Source: an uncultured Chloroflexia bacterium
GTDB taxonomy: Bacteria; Chloroflexota; Anaerolineae; Anaerolineales; UBA4823
Length of the DNA stretch: 64,000 nucleotides
Direction: 5' to 3'
Assembly (NCBI GenBank): GCA_963743215.1
Contig: CAVUOY010000007.1
Coordinates: 121,019 to 185,018 of the forward strand
Shown: positions 56,562 through 64,000 of the stretch, in pieces
How positions within the stretch are numbered: position 1 is the first letter of the stretch
Layout: each line of letters opens with the position of its first letter
Position numbers and translations under genes: made by a program
The notes under the pieces: model-generated
Database searches by the model: none
What the model was told of the DNA's origin: nothing
The model's input: the letters and a program-made list of their open reading frames with translations, nothing else

Positions 56562-56590
56562 TTCAAATATATCAAAAATCAAGCTATAAT
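56562..56590 (+). promoter_or_regulatory. possible promoter for the asp23-DAK2 operon
   Basis: TTCAAA (56562-56567), 17-nt spacer, TATAAT (56585-56590). Confidence 0.3.
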
Positions 56591-56707
56591 TACGTCTCGA
56601 TTACGTTGGGCTGCTATTCGATTAAGCCCGCCAATGTTACCACAGAATGGATTTGATTACAAGCCATCGTACATACGATGGACATAAATTATTATTGTGG
56701 AGACGTT

Positions 56708-57067
56708 ATGAGCAATACTGAAAACACCCCGCTTGGCCGTGTCACAATTTCTCCCCGCGCCATTGCTACGATTGCCTATCAGGCAGCCCGACAATCTTAT
56801 GGGGTTGTTGGTTTGACCTCCAAAAACCTGATGGAAGGGATTACGCAGGTCATTGTGAAAGACCCCACCCACGGGATTGAAGTCAAGTATGATGAACAAA
56901 AAATCGCCATTGATATCTATGTGATCATCGAATACGGCACACGCATCAAATCCGTCGCCTCCAGTGTCAGTAACACCATCAAATTCAACGTCCAAAAAGC
57001 CCTGGGGATGCCTGTTGAGCATGTAAATGTCCACGTCCGTGGACTGCGCGTCAGCAACCCTGACTAA
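56708..57067 (+). CDS. Asp23/Gls24-family (alkaline shock protein, YloU-like) protein
   Basis: GRVTISPRAIATIAYQAARQSYGVVGL..., V.V.V.GL.V family pattern. Confidence 0.85.
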   Translation: MSNTENTPLGRVTISPRAIATIAYQAARQSYGVVGLTSKNLMEGITQVIVKDPTHGIEVKYDEQKIAIDIYVIIEYGTRIKSVASSVSNTIKFNVQKALGMPVEHVNVHVRGLRVSNPD

Positions 57068-57112
57068 GATCTTATCTCATTATTATTGGTGCCTTTCCCA
57101 GGAGTATTTTTT

Positions 57113-58798
57113 ATGGATTTAGCAGAACAAGACGTTCAGGACCCGCATTCCCATTTTCCTAATCAAAAATACCCTGTCGATGGTCAGGTTTTTAAAACCC
57201 TAATAGAATCAAGTTTGACCTGGCTCCGAACCAATCAGCAAGCTGTAAACATCCTGAATGTCTTCCCAGTGCCAGATGGTGACACTGGGACGAATATGGT
57301 GCTCACGATGCAAGCTGCTTGGGATGAAATAGCCAATTCTGCTGAACATAACATCGGCAAGCTTACCCGTATGGTGGCTCATGGGGCACTGATGGGAGCA
57401 CGCGGTAATTCAGGCGTGATCCTTTCACAGCTTTGGCGTGGTTTTGCGCGTGCATTGGATAATTACGAAACGATGGATGGTCAATTAATGGTTGATGCCC
57501 TCCATCAAGGTCGCAACACGGCTTACAAGGGGGTTGTTCGCCCGGTTGAGGGGACGATCCTTACCGTAGCCAAAGATATTACTACCGAAGGTGAAAGGTC
57601 ATTAGCTGAGACACAAGACCCGTATGAAATCCTTGAGCGGATTGTCCTCGCTGCTGATGCTTCAGTCCAGAGAACTCCTGAGCTCTTGGCAGTGCTGAAG
57701 GAAGCTGGGGTTGTGGATGCCGGTGGCAAAGGACTGTTCATCATCCTCGAAGGGATGTCCCGTTATGTCAAGGGGCTGCCATTGGATGTCGCCTTAGCTA
57801 CTGTCCAACCGCTGTCAGCCATGAAAATGGAAAACTCCCTGGACAGTATTGAGCCAGGTCAGGATTTTGAAGTTGTCGTAGATTTTCACCCCAATCAGGA
57901 GCTCAATCTTCCTCAATTTTTCGAAGATCTCCAGCAGATGGGTACCTCGATCCAGATTGGTGAGGGTGATGGAATCTACCGTATGCACATTCATGTCGCT
58001 GCCGAAAAAGTTTATGAGCCGATTCAATACACAAAATCTCTGGGCGTGGTCACCAAAGCAGCCATTGAGAACCTGAGAGAACAGGTGGAGAATATTCAGC
58101 ATCAGCGCAGCAGTGCACTCCAGTTCACACCTGTCGAACCGGGGCAGATAGCCACAGTCGCCGTTGCCCCGGGTCCGGGTATCGCCCGGGTCTTTGCCAG
58201 CCTGGGAGTCTCCGCTATCGTCGAAGGTGGGCAGACTATGAATCCCTCCACCCAGGAAATTCTTAATGCCTTTGAAAATTTACCCACCGACCACGTCGTC
58301 ATCCTGCCCAATAACAAGAATATCATTCTCACTGCTCAGGCTGCTTCCCAGCTGACCGTAAAACATGTCACTGTTATACCCAGCCGTTCTGTCCCCCAGG
58401 GGATGGCTGCCATGATGCGCCTGATCGCTACTGGAAAGGTGAGTGAAGTCGTTGCTGATATGAACTCTGCCATGAACGATGTGGAAACCGGTGAAATCAC
58501 AACCGCAACACGCAGTGTGGAAATTGATGGTGTAAATGTCAAGGAAGGTCAGATTATTTGTCTATTGAATGGGAAATTAGTCATGGCTTGCGAGAACCTC
58601 AGGGATGCCATCATTGGATTGCTGAAGAAAGCCCACGCGGATCATTTTGAGCTGATCACCCTGTTTTATGGCGCTGATGTCTCCCGGATGGAAGTAGATG
58701 CGATCGCAGATCGTATTCGCAAGAAATTTCCCCAACAAGAGATCGAAGTTCAAGACGGGGGTCAACCGCATTATCAATTTATTATCTCAATTGAATAA
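57113..58798 (+). CDS. DAK2-domain protein (YloV / fatty-acid kinase FakA-like)
   Basis: N-terminal Dak2 domain (NVFPVPDGDTGTNM, GARGNSGVILSQ), middle and C-terminal DegV-interacting-type domains; AGGAG RBS 8 nt upstream. Confidence 0.85.
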   Translation: MDLAEQDVQDPHSHFPNQKYPVDGQVFKTLIESSLTWLRTNQQAVNILNVFPVPDGDTGTNMVLTMQAAWDEIANSAEHNIGKLTRMVAHGALMGARGNSGVILSQLWRGFARALDNYETMDGQLMVDALHQGRNTAYKGVVRPVEGTILTVAKDITTEGERSLAETQDPYEILERIVLAADASVQRTPELLAVLKEAGVVDAGGKGLFIILEGMSRYVKGLPLDVALATVQPLSAMKMENSLDSIEPGQDFEVVVDFHPNQELNLPQFFEDLQQMGTSIQIGEGDGIYRMHIHVAAEKVYEPIQYTKSLGVVTKAAIENLREQVENIQHQRSSALQFTPVEPGQIATVAVAPGPGIARVFASLGVSAIVEGGQTMNPSTQEILNAFENLPTDHVVILPNNKNIILTAQAASQLTVKHVTVIPSRSVPQGMAAMMRLIATGKVSEVVADMNSAMNDVETGEITTATRSVEIDGVNVKEGQIICLLNGKLVMACENLRDAIIGLLKKAHADHFELITLFYGADVSRMEVDAIADRIRKKFPQQEIEVQDGGQPHYQFIISIE

Positions 58799-58819
58799 GA
58801 TCCAGCCATCAACCATTCT

Positions 58820-59675
58820 ATGCCGAGAACTTGCATCATAACCGATAGCACCGCCTATTTCACCAAGCCTACATTTGCCGGTCAAGAAAATGTCACTATT
58901 CTCGCCCATCAAATCCAGGTCGATGATAAACTTCTCCCCGACAATAAAGATCTATCTATCTATTATTCCTCATTCCCATAATAATCATGCTCCACTAACC
59001 TTACCGCCATCCGTGGACGCGTTTCATTCCGCCTATATAACCCTCGGGATGAAGTATAAAGATATCGTTGTCATCCTGCTCACTTCTCACCTCAGTCAGG
59101 CGATCGCAAACGCCCTCCTTGCAACCCAAGCTGGAAAGTGTCCCGCGAATATCTTTATTATTGATTCACTTAATACCGCTATCGGTTTGGGTTTACTGGT
59201 CCAGGCAGCTGCTGAATTCTCTCACCGCGGTTATTCAGGTGTGGAAATCAATCGCCTCATCCGTGGAATGATCAATCATATCTACTCTGTCTTCTGTCTG
59301 CCTGATCTTTCTCACCTGTATCGCTCGGGTCAGATTGACCCCGCTCAGGCAATCGTCGGAGAAATGCTCGGTGTTATCCCCTTCTTCACCCTTGAAAATG
59401 GCCGGCTTGTTCACACTCAGAAGATCCGCAGCCCTCGCCACCTTGTGGATATCATGTACGAATTCGTAGCGGAGTTTGAAAATCTCAAGTATCTTGCCCT
59501 GCTTCAAGGGATTACCACCTATGAGCAGGAAAGCCGTAATCTACGCGACCGTATCAGCCAAAATGTGCGCACCACGCCCTTGTGTGAACATAGCCTGGGT
59601 TTGGCTCTGGCTACCATCCTGGGTCCGCACAGTATTGGCCTGGTTGCCATGGAGAATTCACCCAGGGAGGGCTGA
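58820..59675 (+). pseudogene. DegV-family (FakB-like) fatty-acid-binding protein, divergent, N-terminal 53 codons out of frame (indel near 58975-58977)
   Basis: ATG 58820 gives MPRTCIITDSTAYF...(DegV N-terminus) and stops at 58979; ORF 58875-59675 carries the rest; span 3n+1. Confidence 0.7.
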
Positions 59676-59676
59676 C

Positions 59677-60507
59677 TTGAACATAGCCATCGTGACCGAT
59701 AGCACATCTGATATCACCCCCGACCTTGCTTGTGAGTATGGTATCCATGTCGTCCCAGCCATCCTGGTGGTGAACGGTCAGAGCCTTGAAGATGGGAATC
59801 AAATTTCCAGGGAGGAGTTATATCGTCAGTTACCCTCCATGAAAGTTTCTCCCACCACTGCAGCACCCTCCAGTGGTACTTTCCAGCGGGCATATGAAGC
59901 CTTGCTAAAAAAAGGCGCAGATCAAATTATCTCCATCCATGTCTCAAGTGTATTGAGCGGTATGTATAACAGCGCTGTGGTTGCCGCTAAGGCAATTGGC
60001 AAACAGGTCCATGTCATTGATTCTCACCACGTAACCCTTGGGTTGGGTTTTCAGGTCATCGCGGCTGCTCAAGCTGCCCAAGCTAGTAAGACTTTGGCGG
60101 AAGTTCAAAAGATTATTACTGACATTTACAGGCGGACTCACTTGGTTGCCATGCTTGACACCCTCGAATATGCTCATCGCAGTGGACGGATCTCTTGGGC
60201 GAAGTCAAACATCAGTGCATTTCTTCAGATCAAGCCGTTTCTCGGGATCGAGGATGGCAAAGTGATCCGCATGGGCGAGACCCGCATTCGCAAAAAAGGC
60301 ATTGAACGGTTATATAAGATGCTTGCTGAGTTTGGTTCCCTCGAGCATCTGGCAGTTTTACATACCAATGCTGAAGCGGATGCTTCCCAGCTCGCAGAAC
60401 ACTTCAAGGCAATTGTCAAGAATAACCCACTTATTATTAATGTGACATCGATTATTGGAATCCATGTGGGACCGAACGGGCTTGGATTTGTCGCTGTAAC
60501 TCAATAA
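59677..60507 (+). CDS. DegV-family (FakB-like) fatty-acid-binding protein
   Basis: TTG 59677 after AGGGAGGG; LNIAIVTDSTSDI, PTTAAPSSGTF, SIHVSSVLSGMYNSA canonical DegV blocks. Confidence 0.85.
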   Translation: MNIAIVTDSTSDITPDLACEYGIHVVPAILVVNGQSLEDGNQISREELYRQLPSMKVSPTTAAPSSGTFQRAYEALLKKGADQIISIHVSSVLSGMYNSAVVAAKAIGKQVHVIDSHHVTLGLGFQVIAAAQAAQASKTLAEVQKIITDIYRRTHLVAMLDTLEYAHRSGRISWAKSNISAFLQIKPFLGIEDGKVIRMGETRIRKKGIERLYKMLAEFGSLEHLAVLHTNAEADASQLAEHFKAIVKNNPLIINVTSIIGIHVGPNGLGFVAVTQ

Positions 60508-60589
60508 TTCAGCTCAACAAGATAATTTGCATGATTTTTCCCGCTCGTTGTTCGTGTTTCCGCGCTCGCTGATGGTAAAATAACCATCA

Positions 60590-63100
60590 ATGAGACCATC
60601 TCTACAGAAATTAAAAAAATTCATTCAATTGGAAGCTCAGCATAACTACGATAACCGTTCGGTTATCGGGGGTTTTGAGCGCATGGTGGATCCTTGGTTG
60701 GCGGAGGCACAGGCGGATGCTTTACCTCCCGACTTTATTTCGGCTGTCCATAATCGTTTGCATGATTACGCCAGTCTTTCTCCCAAATCACGTTACGATA
60801 CTTTAACTGGCCTTTGGAACCGTATCCAGCGGGAAACGGATGAGACTTTTCCTCCCCTATCCCTTCCGGCTGAAGCTGCTACGAAACCAGCAGAACCCGC
60901 ACCGGTTTCCCAGCAGTCATCCACTTACCCTAGAAAGCCATCCCCTCCAGCCACTCAACCTTCAGAATATAAAGCTGCGCCTTCGAAGCCAGCCTCACAG
61001 CCTGCAGCGTTGGCAGCCCCAACCACGGTCTTGCCAGGAGTCGGTCCCAAGCATGCACAGACGTTAACCCGTTTGGGGTTGAATACCTTGGGAGATATGC
61101 TTTATAACTTCCCACGTCGGTACGATGACTACACCCAGCTAAAGCCAATCCGCCGTTTGGTATATGGTGAAGATGTAACAGTAATTGGGACCGTAGAATC
61201 TATCAACACTCGCCAGATTCGTGGTGGGCACCGTCAGATTACTGAAGCTATCCTGACGGATGGGTCGGGTACCTTACGCATTTCCTGGTTCAACCAACCA
61301 TGGATCGGAAAACGACTGCTCGAAGGTACTCAAATCGTCCTGTCAGGCAAAATTGATCAGTATCTGGGTCGTTTGACCATGAATGGTCCTGAGTGGGAAC
61401 CCTTGGAATCCCAGAATCTGCATACGAATCGCATTGTTCCTGTCTACCCGCTTACATCCAATATTACTCAGCGTTGGCTCCGCCGCTTGATGTTTGACGT
61501 GATTACCTACTGGTCCCCCCGCGTGGCAGATCCACTACCTGAATCCATGCGGCACTCCGCAGAGCTGATGGATCTCCCAACTGCCTTGTTCCAGGCCCAT
61601 TTTCCGACCACTGCCGATCAGCTCAGGGCAGCCCGCCATCGCCTTGCATTTGATGAGATCCTTATGCTTCAGTTGGGTGTCATGAGCCAAAAACGCAATT
61701 GGCAGAATCGTTCTGCCAACGTCTATGACACTCCAGATGATTGGTTGGCATCTCAGGTAGCCCGGTTGCCATTCCAGCTAACTGCTGCCCAGCAAAACGC
61801 CCTCAAGGATGTGCAATCCGACCTTACCTCCGGGCGTCCGATGAACCGGTTGTTGCAAGGAGATGTCGGTTCAGGTAAAACAGTCATCGCTGCCCTGGCG
61901 ATCGCTATGTTGGCGCGTCATGCTGCTCAATCAGCCTTGCTGGCTCCGACTGGCATCTTGGCCGAACAGCATTATCGCAGCATGCTCGCTTTGCTGGCAG
62001 GCAATGGATCAGATCACAATGATGGCACCGATAATGCCTACCCACTCAAGCCCGAACAGATTCGCTTGTTGGTCGGCTCGACTCCTGAATTTGAAAAACA
62101 GGAAATTCGACAGGCTCTGGCAAGTGGGTCAATTAAGCTGGTGGTTGGCACACATGCCCTCTTGGAAGATCCAGTGGTCTTTGCCAACCTGCAGCTGGCA
62201 GTGATTGATGAGCAGCATCGCTTTGGGGTTGATCAGCGCTCCATTTTACGGTCCAAGGGTGAAAATCCTCACCTGCTGATCATGACCGCCACGCCCATCC
62301 CGCGCTCTCTTGCTCTCACCGTTTATGGTGACCTTGACCTTTCCGTGATGGATGAAATGCCCCCCGGTCGCCAGCCAATCCAAACGCAGGTTTTCTATCC
62401 CCGCGAACGCGAACGGGCATATGTCTTTATTCGCAGCCAGGTCGAACAAGGCCGTCAATGCTTCATAATATATCCGTTAGTTGAAGAGAGTGAAACCAGC
62501 GAAGCGTTGGCGGCTGTTGAAGAGCAGTCGCGCTTGCAAAAAGAAGTATTTTCCAATTATTCAGTGGGCTTGCTTCATGGTCGCCTCAAACCAGACGAAA
62601 AGGATGCCACCATGGCAAAATTCTGTAATGGGGAGATCCAAATCCTGGTTTCCACTTCCGTCGTTGAAGTCGGTGTTGATGTGCCTAATGCCACCGTAAT
62701 GTTGATTGAAGGTGCCAACCGCTTCGGATTGTCCCAATTACACCAGTTCCGTGGCCGTGTAGGACGCAGCCAATATCAATCCTACTGCATTCTCATCCCC
62801 GATACACCCGATGCAGCTGAAAATGAGCGTTTGGCTGCCATGGTTGAGACCAACAATGGATTTGTTCTCGCCCAGCGCGACCTTGAGCAGCGCGGTCCTG
62901 GAGAATTTCTGGGTACACGCCAATCCGGTTATTCTGAGTTGCGCCTGGCTAACCTGACTGATATCCACCTGATCGAAAAAGCCAGGCACCACGCTCAATC
63001 TATTTTTGAATCCGACCCTGATCTTACCTCCCCCGACCATCGGTTGCTTGCTGAATCCCTCCGTCACTTCTGGAGACTCGGACAGGGTGACATCAGTTAA
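60590..63100 (+). CDS. recG: ATP-dependent DNA helicase RecG (with Pro/Ala/Ser-rich insert in the N-terminal region)
   Basis: Wedge domain, FQLTAAQQNAL, GDVGSGKT Walker A, DEQHRFG, TATPIPR, QLHQFRGRVGR motifs. Confidence 0.9.
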   Translation: MRPSLQKLKKFIQLEAQHNYDNRSVIGGFERMVDPWLAEAQADALPPDFISAVHNRLHDYASLSPKSRYDTLTGLWNRIQRETDETFPPLSLPAEAATKPAEPAPVSQQSSTYPRKPSPPATQPSEYKAAPSKPASQPAALAAPTTVLPGVGPKHAQTLTRLGLNTLGDMLYNFPRRYDDYTQLKPIRRLVYGEDVTVIGTVESINTRQIRGGHRQITEAILTDGSGTLRISWFNQPWIGKRLLEGTQIVLSGKIDQYLGRLTMNGPEWEPLESQNLHTNRIVPVYPLTSNITQRWLRRLMFDVITYWSPRVADPLPESMRHSAELMDLPTALFQAHFPTTADQLRAARHRLAFDEILMLQLGVMSQKRNWQNRSANVYDTPDDWLASQVARLPFQLTAAQQNALKDVQSDLTSGRPMNRLLQGDVGSGKTVIAALAIAMLARHAAQSALLAPTGILAEQHYRSMLALLAGNGSDHNDGTDNAYPLKPEQIRLLVGSTPEFEKQEIRQALASGSIKLVVGTHALLEDPVVFANLQLAVIDEQHRFGVDQRSILRSKGENPHLLIMTATPIPRSLALTVYGDLDLSVMDEMPPGRQPIQTQVFYPRERERAYVFIRSQVEQGRQCFIIYPLVEESETSEALAAVEEQSRLQKEVFSNYSVGLLHGRLKPDEKDATMAKFCNGEIQILVSTSVVEVGVDVPNATVMLIEGANRFGLSQLHQFRGRVGRSQYQSYCILIPDTPDAAENERLAAMVETNNGFVLAQRDLEQRGPGEFLGTRQSGYSELRLANLTDIHLIEKARHHAQSIFESDPDLTSPDHRLLAESLRHFWRLGQGDIS

Positions 63101-63142
63101 TCCAGGTGGGTAAATAACATATCAAGGAGAATGTATAACCAG

Positions 63143-63670
63143 ATGACAGTCAAAGCATGTTTCCCTGGAACTTTCGACCCGATCCACTATGGCCATTTAG
63201 ATATAGCCCGGCGTGCCGCTTGTCTTTTTGATGAAGTGGTCATTGCTGTCTACGATCGGCCAATGAAATCCCTTATTTTTCCTCCAGAAGATCGAATCAA
63301 CCTGGCACGTGAAGCCATCGCAGATGACCCAAAGATTTCCGTGGTTGGATATAGTGGCTTGACCGTCGATTTTTGCCATCAGATCAGCGCTAAGGTGATT
63401 GTGCGTGGCTTGCGCGTATTTTCCGATTTTGAATATGAATTCCGCATGGCTTTGGCAAATCATCGCCTGGCACCAGATATTGAGGTTGTCTCACTGATCA
63501 CGAATGAAGAGCATACCTTCCTGTCTTCATCGACTGTCCGTGAGATTGCCGCATTAAATGGCGATATCAGCAGCATGGTACCGCTACATGTAGAACTGGC
63601 ACTTAAGCGCCGCTTCCAAGAATTAGGCGAAAGTCAACAGATTGTGCCACCTACTTCGATGCGCGATTAA
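63143..63670 (+). CDS. coaD: phosphopantetheine adenylyltransferase
   Basis: CFPGTFDPIHYGHLDIARRA (T/HxGH), ISSSTVREI; AAGGAGA RBS fits ATG 63143 better than 63131. Confidence 0.9.
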   Translation: MTVKACFPGTFDPIHYGHLDIARRAACLFDEVVIAVYDRPMKSLIFPPEDRINLAREAIADDPKISVVGYSGLTVDFCHQISAKVIVRGLRVFSDFEYEFRMALANHRLAPDIEVVSLITNEEHTFLSSSTVREIAALNGDISSMVPLHVELALKRRFQELGESQQIVPPTSMRD

Positions 63671-63698
63671 TGCCAAAAGCAATGCATGCGTGAAAGAG

Positions 63699-63727
63699 TT
63701 GACGTTTTTTTGATTTCGTTGTAATCT
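63699..63727 (+). promoter_or_regulatory. possible sigma-70-type promoter
   Basis: TTGACG (63699-63704), 17-nt spacer, TAATCT (63722-63727), upstream of ORF starting 63830. Confidence 0.3.
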
Positions 63728-63829
63728 TGTGCATGAAACTTGCACCAAATGTATTACCAATGAGATATTATTTGTTATCGGCATTTATAATCGAAGTGCC
63801 TGATTAGTCGGGTAAACAGGAGCAAACCT

Positions 63830-64000
63830 ATGGATATCTTACAAATGATTGACCGTCTCGAGGAACTTTTAAACGAAAGTCGCCCCCTCCCTTTTACCCA
63901 CAACGTGATCGTCGATGAAGACCGTATGCTAGACTTGATCGACCAGATGCGGGTTTCAATTCCCGAAGAAGTAAAAAAAGCGCAACAATTATTAGCCCAA
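63830..64000 (+). CDS. hypothetical protein, N-terminal 57 codons (3' end outside window)
   Basis: AGGAG RBS at 63818-63822; open frame MDILQMIDRLEELLNESRPLPFTHNVIVDEDRMLDLIDQMRVSIPEEVKKAQQLLAQ to window edge; helical/coiled character. Confidence 0.5.
   Translation, partial: MDILQMIDRLEELLNESRPLPFTHNVIVDEDRMLDLIDQMRVSIPEEVKKAQQLLAQ

Noticed and set aside
1-64000. Search for rRNA, tRNA, CRISPR arrays, integrases/transposases, phage or defence-system genes
   Set aside because: None were recognised by eye on either strand. Absence should be confirmed with tRNAscan, Rfam and defence-system HMMs.

Overview
The window is a densely coding bacterial chromosome segment with mid-range GC by eye. Shine-Dalgarno-led genes, lipoprotein-type solute-binding proteins and Thr/Pro-rich linkers suggest a Chloroflexota/Anaerolineae-like or other monoderm-type anaerobe; this is unverifiable here. 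I found no rRNA, tRNA, CRISPR array or transposase.

Bases 1-17.4 kb are the standout. A single-strand block encodes a partial multihaem cytochrome c with NrfC- and NrfD-type subunits. It continues with a 9-haem cytochrome c fused to an FdnI/HydC-type cytochrome b (CbcL-like), then a split copy of that architecture, then a NapC/NirT-like multihaem cytochrome. Next comes a Rieske/cytochrome b complex whose subunit IV carries seven cytochrome c domains, followed by a histidine kinase/NarL-type regulator pair and a separately transcribed 10-haem lipoprotein with an internal two-fold repeat. By manual count that is 47 haem-c motifs. No terminal reductase or oxidase is visible, so I read the block as a candidate extracellular or otherwise unusual electron-transfer system.

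The rest of the window contains:
- Envelope polysaccharide genes.
- A LacI-controlled sugar ABC locus.
- A second sugar ABC locus whose binding protein is an in-frame tandem duplication of a 1023-bp unit.
- A divergent cluster pairing an MIO-family ammonia-lyase (Ala-Cys-Gly instead of Ala-Ser-Gly), E1 alpha/beta without E2/E3 and a thiamine-binding protein with polyferredoxin, tungsten-type AOR and a MoaD-like protein.
- PolX flanked by three broken exporter genes.
- A protein with two atypical kinase-like domains.
- A Bacillus-like block in the order prkC-rpe-rpmB-asp23-DAK2(FakA-like)-DegV-DegV-recG-coaD.

About ten reading-frame lesions occur in roughly 60 genes, mostly single-base indels and several in homopolymer runs. 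They indicate either an indel-prone assembly or real gene decay. One CDF transporter remnant is clearly a true pseudogene.
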